This document shows positions 20,766 through 29,517 of a DNA stretch of 32,000 nucleotides, in pieces; the first letter of the stretch is position 1; each line of letters starts with the position of its first letter. Origin of the DNA: Coprobacillaceae bacterium (lineage in GTDB: Bacteria; Bacillota_I; Bacilli_A; Erysipelotrichales; Coprobacillaceae); the NCBI GenBank assembly GCA_963675515.1, contig OY776328.1:2550001-2582000 (forward strand), in the 5' to 3' direction. The notes beneath the pieces were generated by a model. It searched no databases. It saw only the letters and a program-made list of their open reading frames with translations, and was not told where the DNA came from. The position numbers and the translations under genes were made by a program.

Positions 20766-21630
20766 CGCCTAGCACCATATTCAACAATGCCATCCGCACA
20801 AATACCCCATTGGCCATTTGCTTGAAGATCCGACTCTTGTCGCACTCGACCACTTCATCGCCGATTTCCACGTTGCGGTTGAATGGCGCCGGATGCATGA
20901 TGATGGCATTTCCTTTCATTTTGTTCACGCGTTCCATGTTCAGCCCATAAAGGTTGTGATATAGCTGGGTTGAGATATTGAAATTCTTCTCATGGCGTTC
21001 ATACTGCACGCGCAGCAGCATAACGACATCCACCTTGTCGATGATCTGGTCAAATTCGACATAGTTGTATCCGGGCTGTTCGAAAATGTCCGGTCCGGAA
21101 GTGTAGACTTCCATTCCGAGTTTTTGCATAACCTCGAAATTGGTATGGGCCACCCTTGAATGGACCACATCGCCGACAATGACGACCTTCAGACCTTCAA
21201 ATGACCCGAATTCCTCGCGGATGGTCATCAGATCAAGCAGCGACTGGCTGGGATGGTTGCCCGTCCCGTCGCCCCCGGAAATCATCGGCGTCTTGATCCG
21301 GTCCTGGAGTTCCAGGAAGTATTCCTTCTGGGGATGGCGGATGACCATGCAGTCGACCCCGATGCTTTCGAAGAAACGGACCGTGTCATATAGCGACTCG
21401 CCTTTGCGGATCGAAGAGTTTTCAACTTCGAGATTCTGGGTCTTGCATCCCAGATTCATCGCCGCTTTTTCAAACGAATAGTGGGTCCTGGTCGAAGGTT
21501 CGAAAAAAAGATTAGTCACCACCTTATTGCCCTGGTAATCGACCTTTTTTCCGGCCTTGAATTCTTCTGCCCGGTCGATAATCTCGTTTATCTGATCTAT
21601 TGTGAAATCCTGCAGCTTAAAAATATTCAT
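20758..21630 (-). CDS. pyrB: aspartate carbamoyltransferase catalytic subunit
   Basis: Carbamoyl-phosphate motif FFEPSTRT, then HPSQ and HPAP motifs. AAGGAG SD lies inside the coaD 3' end, and the start overlaps coaD by 14 nt. Confidence 0.93.
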   Translation of the reverse strand: MNIFKLQDFTIDQINEIIDRAEEFKAGKKVDYQGNKVVTNLFFEPSTRTHYSFEKAAMNLGCKTQNLEVENSSIRKGESLYDTVRFFESIGVDCMVIRHPQKEYFLELQDRIKTPMISGGDGTGNHPSQSLLDLMTIREEFGSFEGLKVVIVGDVVHSRVAHTNFEVMQKLGMEVYTSGPDIFEQPGYNYVEFDQIIDKVDVVMLLRVQYERHEKNFNISTQLYHNLYGLNMERVNKMKGNAIIMHPAPFNRNVEIGDEVVECDKSRIFKQMANGVFVRMALLNMVLGDE

Positions 21631-22126
21631 CCGTTATCTCCTTTTTCTCATATTTCTCATATAAGGCCAGTTCCACGCATTCGGGAACAAGGTCCTTGAC
21701 GGAGCGGCCATGGGACACGATCTCCTTGACGGTCGAGCTTGAAATGAAGGCATGGCTCTGGCGGGCCATGAAAAAGACCATCTCGATGTCCTTTTCAAGA
21801 TACTGGTTCGCAAATGCCATCTGCAGCTCGTATTCGAAGTCCATCGTCGCCCTTATCCCGCGGACCAGGACATTGGCCTTGACATCCTTGGCATATTCTA
21901 CCGCAAGCTTGCTGGAGTAATCAACCACAATATTGTCAAATTGTTTGGTCGCCTCCTTGATCAGGGCCACCCGCTCTGCGATGTCAAGCAAGCCCTGTTT
22001 TTTCATATTCACAAAGATCGTGACATAGAGCGTATCGAAAACCGATGAGGCTCTTTCAATAATATCTATATGGCCGTTGGTTATCGGATCGAAGGTCCCG
22101 GCATAAACTGCAATATTCTTTTTCAT
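21617..22126 (-). CDS. coaD: phosphopantetheine adenylyltransferase
   Basis: AVYAGTFDPITNGHIDII (T/HxGH nucleotidyltransferase motif), 169 aa. ATGA overlap with the rsmD stop. Confidence 0.93.
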   Translation of the reverse strand: MKKNIAVYAGTFDPITNGHIDIIERASSVFDTLYVTIFVNMKKQGLLDIAERVALIKEATKQFDNIVVDYSSKLAVEYAKDVKANVLVRGIRATMDFEYELQMAFANQYLEKDIEMVFFMARQSHAFISSSTVKEIVSHGRSVKDLVPECVELALYEKYEKKEITDEYF

Positions 22127-22677
22127 TGTGCAACTCCGTATTCTAAAATAGTCAAAGCGGTGATTCCGTATTCATGTCGTTTTTTCACATGCAGATTCCC
22201 GGGCAATTCGAAGGTTACTTCCTTAAGTTCTTCCACCACTATTATCGCCCCGTCACTGAGCATGTGCGACCCAACCAGAAACTCCAAAATCCCATCGACC
22301 AGTCCCTTGCCATAGGGCGGGTCTAAAAAAACCAGGTCGAACCTGATCTTGTCCTGGGAGAATTTTTCCAGGGCCTTATTATAATCAAGCTTGTAAACCT
22401 GGGCGTTTTCAATTCCCAGATTGCCAAGATTCTCCCTGACCACCTGGAAGGCGGCGTACTGCTTGTCGACGCTGTAAAGCTTATCGCACCCTCGCGACAT
22501 GGCTTCGATTCCCAGTCCGCCACTGCCGGCGAAAAGGTCGAGGACCACACCGCCCTGGAAGAACGGTCCGATCATGTTGAACATGCTTTCCTTGTTTTTG
22601 TCTGTGGTCGGCCGGGTCAGGCTTGACTTGACAGTCTTTAGCTGACGCGACCGGTATTTTCCTGCTACAACTCTCAT
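22123..22677 (-). CDS. rsmD: 16S rRNA (guanine966-N2)-methyltransferase
   Basis: SAM motif VLDLFAGSGGLGIEA and FLDPPY. It lies immediately upstream of coaD, as for ylbH-coaD in Bacillus. Confidence 0.88.
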   Translation of the reverse strand: MRVVAGKYRSRQLKTVKSSLTRPTTDKNKESMFNMIGPFFQGGVVLDLFAGSGGLGIEAMSRGCDKLYSVDKQYAAFQVVRENLGNLGIENAQVYKLDYNKALEKFSQDKIRFDLVFLDPPYGKGLVDGILEFLVGSHMLSDGAIIVVEELKEVTFELPGNLHVKKRHEYGITALTILEYGVAQ

Positions 22678-23033
22678 TATTTACTCCTGAAATTCAAACT
22701 GTTATGGATAAGCTCCGGCGAAATATTCTTGAAAATAATCCCGGTGAGCTTTTCAAGCAGCTCGTTTAGGGCGTAATAATCGCGGTAATAATCCTGGATT
22801 GTCCTGTTCTGGGATACTTCGATCCGGATGTCTTTCAACTCCTGTTCAAGCAATCCTGGATCTGTGTAACTGCCGTACTTTTTCAATTCATTTATCTGGT
22901 GGATTTTGTCTTGCAACCTGGCAAGCAGCTCCCTGATTTCCTTTGATTCAAGTTTGATAGAACTTTCGACAAAGTCCCGGTATTCCTTGGTCTGTCTGAT
23001 CAGGTCGATCAGCTCATCGATTTTTTGTTCCAC
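22677..23033 (-). CDS. YlbF/YmcA-family-like helical protein (118 aa)
   Basis: The helical, charged sequence has a layout like Com_YlbF proteins. It sits upstream of rsmD-coaD as ylbF does in Bacillus. GTG start follows AAGGAG with a 7-nt spacer. The family call is from memory plus synteny. Confidence 0.5.
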   Translation of the reverse strand: MEQKIDELIDLIRQTKEYRDFVESSIKLESKEIRELLARLQDKIHQINELKKYGSYTDPGLLEQELKDIRIEVSQNRTIQDYYRDYYALNELLEKLTGIIFKNISPELIHNSLNFRSK

Positions 23034-24237
23034 TCGAATGCTCCTTGTTGTATTTTGCGATTATCGACTGGGAAATCCCGATCGCCAGAAAAGCGCACAG
23101 GATTGAGGAACCGCCATAGGAAATGAACAGCAGCGGAACCCCGGTCATCGGGATCAAACCGGTGATACCGCCCAGATTCACAAAGACATGGGCGAAGAAA
23201 TAAGTGGCGATGCCAATCAGGATCAGGCGTTCGAAATCAGATCTGACCTTGGCCGAGTACACCAGCATCCTGACAATTATATATGTGATTGGAACCAATA
23301 CCACCAGGAGGCCGACAAGTCCGAATTCCTCCATGATGATGGCTCCGATGAAGTCATTGTAAGCTTCGGGGATGTAGCCAAATTTCTGGGTCGAATTGTC
23401 GAGTCCAAGTCCCGACAGCCCCCCGTTGACAATCGCAATCAGGGAGTTGACCAGCTGGTAGGCGGAATTGGTCGGGTCCGACAGCGGATCAAGCATGACA
23501 GTGAACCGCTTGACCTGATAGCTGCCGAGGACAAATTTGAAAGCGAATATTCCAAGCAACCCGACAGCCGGCAGGGCCATCAGGATCATTTTCTTTGTTT
23601 TCTTGTAGAACTTGCCGGGGGCATACATGAAAACGACAAACGATATCAATGCCAGGATCAATGACGACCCCAGATCGTCATTGATGATAGCTCCGGTCAA
23701 AAAGGCGATTGCAACCATCGCCACCGGGAAGACCAGGACCCGCTTGAAGCGTTCCTTTACGAACGCCTCCTTCTGGGCTGAATTTTGAAACGGCGGATGG
23801 ACCAGAAACGAGTCATGGACCACGCTCAGGGAAAATGACAGGCCAAGAATAAGCGATATTTTCATGAACTCGCCCGGCTGGATGGTGTAACCTCCAGGCA
23901 GCTTGATCCAGGCGTAGGCTCCGTTGACCGGATCGAACACCCGGCAGACAAGCATCATTGCCCAGTTGATCCCCAGGATAGTTAGGATATTGCCCCAGGA
24001 AAGGCTTTGTGCCTTGAACGTCTTGGCAAACACCGTCATGATGATCGCTCCCAGGACAATAAAAAAGCCCTGCTGTGCGGTCTTTTTGAAAGCACTCAAG
24101 GTGCCAAGGCGCGGAACGGAACCATTGGCGGCTGACCAGACCATAACAATCCCGAAGACGCACATGATGAAAACTGCCAGATAGATGCCCTGGTCCGCCC
24201 CTTTGAAGCGGAAGAAGCGCTTGATCACGTTTCTCAT
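23014..24237 (-). CDS. SEDS-family peptidoglycan polymerase (FtsW/RodA/SpoVE)
   Basis: About 10 hydrophobic segments. The conserved loop is YIPEAYNDFIGAIIMEEFGLVG (compare PExHTDFIF), followed by a C-terminal GVPLLFISYGGSS motif. Confidence 0.88.
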   Translation of the reverse strand: MRNVIKRFFRFKGADQGIYLAVFIMCVFGIVMVWSAANGSVPRLGTLSAFKKTAQQGFFIVLGAIIMTVFAKTFKAQSLSWGNILTILGINWAMMLVCRVFDPVNGAYAWIKLPGGYTIQPGEFMKISLILGLSFSLSVVHDSFLVHPPFQNSAQKEAFVKERFKRVLVFPVAMVAIAFLTGAIINDDLGSSLILALISFVVFMYAPGKFYKKTKKMILMALPAVGLLGIFAFKFVLGSYQVKRFTVMLDPLSDPTNSAYQLVNSLIAIVNGGLSGLGLDNSTQKFGYIPEAYNDFIGAIIMEEFGLVGLLVVLVPITYIIVRMLVYSAKVRSDFERLILIGIATYFFAHVFVNLGGITGLIPMTGVPLLFISYGGSSILCAFLAIGISQSIIAKYNKEHSSGTKNR

Positions 24238-24239
24238 GG

Positions 24240-24506
24240 CTACTTTTCCATCTTCACGAAGGTAGCTTCTTTCGCCTTCTCGATGGTCCTATAGATCGAA
24301 TAGCCCGAAGCCGCCTCAAATTCCTTGTCGTATTGTTTCTGGGCCATCAAACTATCTACAATGGCGGTATATTTACGGTAGCAATCCATCAGTTTGGCGC
24401 TATCGATTCCTTGTTCATAAGCCTGTTCCACGGCAACATATAAATTGATGACATCTGTTATTTCCTCAACTGACCATGTGTAGTCCAAAGGATAGTCGTA
24501 CTCCAT
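24240..24506 (-). CDS. UPF0223 family protein (YktA-like)
   Basis: MEYDYPLDYTWSVEEI...EFEAASGYSIYRTIEKAKE closely parallels my recollection of Bacillus YktA (EYxYPLDxxWSxEE ... SGYSIYR). 88 aa. Confidence 0.7.
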   Translation of the reverse strand: MEYDYPLDYTWSVEEITDVINLYVAVEQAYEQGIDSAKLMDCYRKYTAIVDSLMAQKQYDKEFEAASGYSIYRTIEKAKEATFVKMEK

Positions 24507-24531
24507 ATTTCAACCTCTTCTCTTTTTTTTC

Positions 24532-24560
24532 ATTATAGTTTATATGGCTTGATAAAGCAA
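24532..24560 (-). promoter_or_regulatory. sigma-A-type promoter upstream of the UPF0223 gene
   Basis: The minus strand reads TTGCTT, a 17-nt spacer, then TATAAT (-35 at 24560-24555, -10 at 24537-24532). It is followed by a GAGAAGAGG SD and the ATG at 24506. Confidence 0.6.
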
Positions 24561-24600
24561 CTTTTGATTACAAAATAGCCGTTTTGCCGGCATCAGGGTA

Positions 24601-24624
24601 AAGAAAAAGTCCGAATGTCGGACT
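24601..24624 (-). terminator. intrinsic terminator of the ABC transporter operon
   Basis: The minus strand has AGTCCGA-CAT-TCGGACT (7-bp stem) followed by TTTTTC. The stem overlaps the TAG stop of the ATPase gene. Confidence 0.75.
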
Positions 24625-25393
24625 AGTCAAAAAACTTCTGCGATTCGCTTGAATTCAAATCGACAATCTTGTAGAAATAATCCTTCTGGCTCAGATTGCC
24701 GCGTTCGAGAGTCGCCTCGATATTGCCATCCTTGAGATAGATGACCTTGGTCGAGTAAGAAGCGATCTGCGAATCGTGGGTGACCATCAGGATTGAAACA
24801 CCTTGGGTATCGTTTAGCTCCTTGAACAGCGTGAGAAGTTCGTGGGAATTTCGCGAATCAAGATTCCCGGTTGGCTCATCGGCCACGATGATCTTGGGAT
24901 TGGTCACCAATGAACGGGCCACTGCCGTCCTTTGGCGCTGTCCTCCCGAACATTCGTTGGGAAACTTGTCAAGCAACGAATCGATTCCCAGGGTCCTGGC
25001 AATCTGTTCAACCCGTTCACGGATGTCTTCTTGGGGCAGCGAATTCAAAGTCAAAGGCACGGCGATGTTTTCGTAGATGGTCAGGGAGTTGAGCAGGTTG
25101 AACTCCTGGAAGATGAAACCGAGGTTCTGATAGCGGAATTTTCCCAGCTCGTTTTCACCCATTGTCCGCACCGATTGACCGGCGATGTACACTTTGCCTT
25201 TGGTTGGCAAGTCGATTGTCGACATGTTGTTGACGAAGGTCGATTTCCCCGAACCGCTGGGACCCATGACGCAGACGAAGTCGCCACTGTCCATCGAAAA
25301 ATCGATCCCGTGAAGGGCCTCGAACTGCTGGCGTGTTCCAACCCCGTATATCTTGATCACATTCTGCGCTTCCAACAATCTTGTATTTTCCAT
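24623..25393 (-). CDS. ABC transporter ATP-binding protein (MacB/FtsE-like)
   Basis: Walker A GPSGSGKST, signature CSGGQRQR, Walker B IVADEPTGNLD and H-loop MVTHD. The start overlaps the permease stop as TAATG. Confidence 0.9.
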   Translation of the reverse strand: MENTRLLEAQNVIKIYGVGTRQQFEALHGIDFSMDSGDFVCVMGPSGSGKSTFVNNMSTIDLPTKGKVYIAGQSVRTMGENELGKFRYQNLGFIFQEFNLLNSLTIYENIAVPLTLNSLPQEDIRERVEQIARTLGIDSLLDKFPNECSGGQRQRTAVARSLVTNPKIIVADEPTGNLDSRNSHELLTLFKELNDTQGVSILMVTHDSQIASYSTKVIYLKDGNIEATLERGNLSQKDYFYKIVDLNSSESQKFFD

Positions 25394-26688
25394 TAGCGTT
25401 CCCTCCCGATGAATGTTTTAACCCGTTTGATATAAATATGTCTGCAGCCCATAAAACTGACAAGTCCCACTGCCACGAAATAGCCGATCGTGATGGCTGC
25501 CATGATCGGATCAAGTCCGATCAAAACGACATTCTTGATTGCCATGATGACCAGGTAGACCAAAGGCATCACCACAATGACTCCATAATAAAGCATTAGC
25601 TCGAGGTTGATGATTCTGATGATCTGTCCTTTGGTATAGCCGATATGATAGACGTTGTCGAAGAAATGCTTGCGGGTCTCAACCTCGACCATGACCTTGA
25701 AAAGGATTGAAGTGAAAAGCAGGGCGATGATCACAAACAGGCCGATCATGATGATTATGAAGGCCCGGCGGTCCTGGTATTGGCCAAACATCATCGCTCC
25801 CACGATTATCAGCGAGAAGATCGTCATGGCGATAAGCGCCACCGATCTCTCGATGATCTCCACGAAGTTCGACAGGGCAATCAAGGCAACCTTGCGGGTG
25901 ATCAGACTCTTCATTTTCAACTTCGCCACATACTCGGGGATGAAATATCTGATGACCCCGATCGAACCGACACAGCCGATCATCCCGACCCCGGTGAAAT
26001 CGCTAACCGACTTGGCAGTCAATCCCGCAAAGATACCATAAAGATAGAGCGCCACGAAAACCAGCGACGGGATTTTCAAAGCCCTCTTGTCGCGCCTGAT
26101 CGTTTCCCGGCTGGAGTTAAGCAAGGCCAGGATGTCGTTGCGGAACACATAACCCATGGCTACTATTATCAGCACCAGGATAATTGTGCCAAATACGGCA
26201 ATCAAGGCACCGAATGCCGAAGGAATGAGGGTGAATATCGAGCTGTCGATATTCAGGTAGTCATAGATGACCATATTGGCAAGAAAAGTGGCAGCAATCC
26301 CCAACGCAATCCCGGCACCGATCCCGATTCCCAGCAGGACAAACAGCTGGTACATCAAAAAACGCGTCGTTTTCATATAATGGGACCCGCTCATTCCCAG
26401 GATTGCAAAAGCGCTGGACTTCTTGGTCATAAAAAAGTCACTGGTGAAAAAAACCATGATTGAAACGAAGGTCAAAACCAAAATCAAAAGCAGGGTGGTC
26501 GGAGGAATCGAGATCTGGGAAATCGAAGTCCCCGAACTGGTCTGTTCGGTGGTTTTCAAAAACGGGTTTTCCAACAAGTTGAAAAACATGAAGCTGATGG
26601 CAACCGCCCCGATCAGGGTGGCCAAAAAGAAAAAAGACTGGCGATATTCCCTTTTCAATATCGTCATTGATAATTTAAATGTCCCCAT
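25393..26688 (-). CDS. ABC transporter permease, FtsX-like (431 aa)
   Basis: Highly hydrophobic with multiple helices and translationally coupled to the ATPase. Start trimmed to MGTFKL (ATG 26688), which follows AAGGAG with a 6-nt spacer. Substrate unknown. Confidence 0.75.
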   Translation of the reverse strand: MGTFKLSMTILKREYRQSFFFLATLIGAVAISFMFFNLLENPFLKTTEQTSSGTSISQISIPPTTLLLILVLTFVSIMVFFTSDFFMTKKSSAFAILGMSGSHYMKTTRFLMYQLFVLLGIGIGAGIALGIAATFLANMVIYDYLNIDSSIFTLIPSAFGALIAVFGTIILVLIIVAMGYVFRNDILALLNSSRETIRRDKRALKIPSLVFVALYLYGIFAGLTAKSVSDFTGVGMIGCVGSIGVIRYFIPEYVAKLKMKSLITRKVALIALSNFVEIIERSVALIAMTIFSLIIVGAMMFGQYQDRRAFIIIMIGLFVIIALLFTSILFKVMVEVETRKHFFDNVYHIGYTKGQIIRIINLELMLYYGVIVVMPLVYLVIMAIKNVVLIGLDPIMAAITIGYFVAVGLVSFMGCRHIYIKRVKTFIGRER

Positions 26689-26715
26689 ATTTACTCCTTT
26701 TTTTGTGATTTTCAA

Positions 26716-26778
26716 GCTTTAACACTATACTTTTTGGAATCTTTCTTGTATAATACATTTCGAAAGACAGGTGGTTTA
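26716..26778. promoter_or_regulatory. divergent promoter region between the ABC permease and def
   Basis: The plus strand has TATAAT at 26749-26754 ahead of def with only a weak -35. The minus strand has TATACA (26752-26747), a 17-nt spacer, then TATAGT (26729-24). These elements interdigitate. Read by eye only. Confidence 0.35.
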
Positions 26779-27345
26779 ATGATATTAATGAAAGATATAA
26801 TTGATGACAGCGATGTGCGCATCCGCGAAGTCTCCAAGGAAGTCACCCTTCCATTGAGCCAGGAAGATGCCGCCCTGCTTAAAGAAATGCATCAGTTCTT
26901 AGTGAATTCCCAAGATGAACAAATCAGTGAACAATACCAATTGCGCCCAGCTGTAGGAATTGCAGCCATCCAATTAGGCGTGCCTAAGCGTATGTGCGCC
27001 ATCCATATCCTGGATTGGGACGATGAAGGCGAGGTAATCGGATCGACCGATTACGCCCTGGTAAATCCCAAAGTGGTTTCTTATACTCCCAAAAAATCAT
27101 ACCTCAAAGACGGCGAAGGCTGCCTATCGGTGAACGATCCCCATGAGGGATACGTGCCCCGCCATGCCAAAGTCACAGTTGAAGCCTATGATTTGTTGTC
27201 TGACAAAAAAATAAAAATAACCGCACGCGGATTCGAGGCGATCTGCATCCAGCACGAACTCGACCATTTCGATGGCATCCTGTTCTATGACCGGATCAAC
27301 AAGCAGTCACCTTTGAAACCGATTGACGACGCGATAATTTTATAA
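26779..27345 (+). CDS. def: peptide deformylase
   Basis: Motifs GIAAIQ, EGCLS and HELDH. Start trimmed to MILMKD (ATG 26779), which follows AGGTGG. Confidence 0.93.
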   Translation: MILMKDIIDDSDVRIREVSKEVTLPLSQEDAALLKEMHQFLVNSQDEQISEQYQLRPAVGIAAIQLGVPKRMCAIHILDWDDEGEVIGSTDYALVNPKVVSYTPKKSYLKDGEGCLSVNDPHEGYVPRHAKVTVEAYDLLSDKKIKITARGFEAICIQHELDHFDGILFYDRINKQSPLKPIDDAIIL

Positions 27346-27368
27346 GGATACCGAGGTATCCTTTTTTT
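27345..27368 (+). terminator. intrinsic terminator of def
   Basis: AGGATAC-CGAG-GTATCCT followed by TTTTTT, starting at the stop codon. Confidence 0.8.
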
Positions 27369-27423
27369 GTCCATAATATTGTAACCGCTTTTTATTAGTT
27401 AGCTTCCAAACTTTCAAATTATG

Positions 27424-27447
27424 AAAAAAGAATCACTTTCGTGATTC
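27424..27447 (-). terminator. intrinsic terminator of the Dabb gene
   Basis: The minus strand has GAATCAC-GAAA-GTGATTC followed by TTTTTT, directly after the TAG stop. Confidence 0.75.
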
Positions 27448-27744
27448 CTAGTCGTTGTAGTCAAGGGCGATCCTGTCGCTGACAAAAGGCCGGACATAGG
27501 TGTCGGCAACATGGACATGGCTTGGATCAGTCGCATAGTTGCTTAAAGCCTCCCTTGATGCCAGGGTTGTCACCAGGGCGAGATCACGTGAAGAGCTTTC
27601 AATGGGATCAACCACCACTTTGGCGTCGATCAGCCCTTCCACCTTGCCTACAAGTCCTTCCAGTCCGTTTTTCAAATTGGCAATGACCTCCTGGTCATTT
27701 TTGAATTCTTCCTTGAGATTCCACATCACGATATGTTTTACCAT
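27448..27744 (-). CDS. Dabb-family (stress-responsive alpha/beta barrel) protein
   Basis: 98 aa. The MVKHIVMWNLKEE start and overall pattern are typical of the Dabb domain. AAGGAG SD is present. Confidence 0.75.
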   Translation of the reverse strand: MVKHIVMWNLKEEFKNDQEVIANLKNGLEGLVGKVEGLIDAKVVVDPIESSSRDLALVTTLASREALSNYATDPSHVHVADTYVRPFVSDRIALDYND

Positions 27745-27767
27745 TATTAACTTCTCCTTTTTTGTGT

Positions 27768-27795
27768 ATTATACCATAAATCCGGGGCTTCACAA
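27768..27795 (-). promoter_or_regulatory. sigma-A-type promoter with extended -10 upstream of the Dabb gene
   Basis: The minus strand reads TTGTGA, a 16-nt spacer, then TATAAT, with TG at the extended position (TGGTATAAT). Confidence 0.6.
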
Positions 27796-27832
27796 CTTCC
27801 CACCGGCCAAGATCCAAGTTTTTTCATAACAT

Positions 27833-27858
27833 AAAAAAATGTGGGAGTTCTCCCACAT
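27833..27858 (-). terminator. intrinsic terminator after amt
   Basis: The palindrome ATGTGGGAG / CTCCCACAT is followed on the minus strand by a 7-T run. It begins 4 nt after the amt stop. A T-rich tract also follows it on the plus strand. Confidence 0.8.
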
Positions 27859-27861
27859 CTT

Positions 27862-29103
27862 TTATTGTTTCAATGTGAATTCAGGATAAGCTTCTGAACC
27901 ATGTTCTCCGATATCCAGACCACGCATTTCTTCTTCTGCAGTAACGCGAAGACCAACTGTGTGTTTGATTACATTGAAAGTGATGAAGCATGTCACCAAT
28001 ACCCAAACTATTACCGCTCCGGCACCGGTTGCTTGGACGATCAACTGATCGAATCCACCACCGTAGAATAAACCGTTGACACCTTCTGTAACTGGAGTAG
28101 TTGTAGCGAACAGACCTACTGCCAATGTTCCCCAGACACCATTCAACATATGGACACCGATTGCCCCTACTGGGTCATCGATATGGAATTTTTGGTCAAT
28201 GATTTCAATTCCGAAAGTGACAAGGAATCCGGCGATAATACCGATGATGATAGCCCCGTTCATTGAAACGATATGACATCCGGCAGTGATGGCAACCAGA
28301 CCAGCCAAGGCCCCGTTCAATGTCATTGAAATATCAGGTTTACCGTAACGAGCCCATGTCAGGAACATTGTTGCCAGAGCACCAGCAGCCGCAGCCAGGT
28401 TTGTTGTCATGGCGATATGCCCTACATATGTAGCCGCTTCTAATGAAGATCCGGCATTGAATCCAAACCAGCAGAACCATAAGATGAATACACCCAAAGC
28501 TCCCAAAGGAATGCTGTGACCTAAGATCGCATTAGATTTCCCATCAGGTGTGTATTTTCCGATACGGGGACCGATAGTGATCGCACCAGCCAATGCCGCT
28601 AAACCACCAACCGCATGCACGGCCATAGATCCTGCGAAATCGATGAATCCCATTTGTGACAGCCATCCGCCACCCCAGATCCAGTGACCTGATATTGGGT
28701 ATACTACCAATGAAATAACAACTGTATAAATCAGGTAAGAACCGAATTTAGTTCTTTCAGCCATAGCTCCTGATACGATTGTCGCCGCAGTAGCACAGAA
28801 CACTGTTTGGAAGAAGATAAACACTTCTGGTGACAATGTGTCCGCATATAATCCCAATGATACAGGATTCATGAATCCTGATGATCCGAAGAATCCGTTG
28901 AAGCTGTTTCCAAACATCAACCCGAATCCGACAAAATAGAAAATCAATGAACCGATGGAAAAGTCCATCAAGTTTTTCATCAACACGTTGTTCGTGTTTT
29001 TTGATCTAGTAAAACCACTTTCCAATACGGCGAATCCGGCCTGCATCAACATTACCATTACAGATGCCAGGAATACCCATACGATATTAATTAATTGTTC
29101 CAT
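27862..29103 (-). CDS. amt: ammonium transporter (Amt family)
   Basis: 11-12 helices. Conserved segments include DFAGSMAVHAVGG and GVHMLNGVWGTLAVGLF (twin-His pore histidines). GGGAGAGAG SD is present. Confidence 0.93.
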   Translation of the reverse strand: MEQLINIVWVFLASVMVMLMQAGFAVLESGFTRSKNTNNVLMKNLMDFSIGSLIFYFVGFGLMFGNSFNGFFGSSGFMNPVSLGLYADTLSPEVFIFFQTVFCATAATIVSGAMAERTKFGSYLIYTVVISLVVYPISGHWIWGGGWLSQMGFIDFAGSMAVHAVGGLAALAGAITIGPRIGKYTPDGKSNAILGHSIPLGALGVFILWFCWFGFNAGSSLEAATYVGHIAMTTNLAAAAGALATMFLTWARYGKPDISMTLNGALAGLVAITAGCHIVSMNGAIIIGIIAGFLVTFGIEIIDQKFHIDDPVGAIGVHMLNGVWGTLAVGLFATTTPVTEGVNGLFYGGGFDQLIVQATGAGAVIVWVLVTCFITFNVIKHTVGLRVTAEEEMRGLDIGEHGSEAYPEFTLKQ

Positions 29104-29118
29104 AATCTCTCTCCCTTT

Positions 29119-29460
29119 CTAGCTAAGTGCTGCTTCGTCTTCTTCACCGGTACGGATACGGATAGTTTTTTCAACTGCATAAACGAAAATTTTTCCATCT
29201 CCGACTTGTCCAGTACGCAATTTCGCCTTGATCTCTTCAATCACCTTTTGCGCCTTTTCAGTTGGCAATACGACTTCGACTTTCATTTTGGATACGAAGT
29301 TCACGTTGAACTTAGTTCCACGGTATTGTTCAGTATAACCTAACTGGCTACCAAATCCCATAACGTTGGAAATGTTCATACCCTTCACTTCGTTATCCAT
29401 TAATAACTCTTTTAAAGCATCTAACTTTTCAGGTCTAATAATGATTTCTAACTTTTTCAT
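29119..29460 (-). CDS. glnK: P-II nitrogen regulatory protein (GlnB/GlnK family)
   Basis: 113 aa. T-loop GYTEQYRGTKF, C-terminal GDGKIFV and RIRTGE. Start trimmed to MKKLEIIIRPEK (ATG 29460), which follows AAGGAGGAGG. The ORF-track start at 29517 lies inside the promoter. Confidence 0.9.
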   Translation of the reverse strand: MKKLEIIIRPEKLDALKELLMDNEVKGMNISNVMGFGSQLGYTEQYRGTKFNVNFVSKMKVEVVLPTEKAQKVIEEIKAKLRTGQVGDGKIFVYAVEKTIRIRTGEEDEAALS

Positions 29461-29488
29461 TTTTGTTGCCTCCTCCTTGCTTGATAAG

Positions 29489-29517
29489 AATATATCATAC
29501 CGATAAAAAAGTGTCAA
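29489..29517 (-). promoter_or_regulatory. sigma-A-type promoter of the PII-amt operon
   Basis: The minus strand reads TTGACA (29517-29512), a 17-nt spacer, then TATATT (29494-29489), about 28 nt upstream of the ATG. Confidence 0.6.

Noticed and set aside
19965-20825. 286-aa plus-strand ORF antisense to pyrC and the end of pyrB
   Set aside because: It lies entirely opposite well-supported pyrC/pyrB coding sequence in a GC-rich stretch. It has no SD, and its translation is low-complexity with no motifs. This is a typical shadow ORF.
21631-21730. Search for a PyrR-binding attenuator ahead of pyrB
   Set aside because: There is no CCAGAGAGG-like loop or terminator/antiterminator pair, and the region is coaD coding sequence. 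The absence is reported as part of a finding rather than as a feature.
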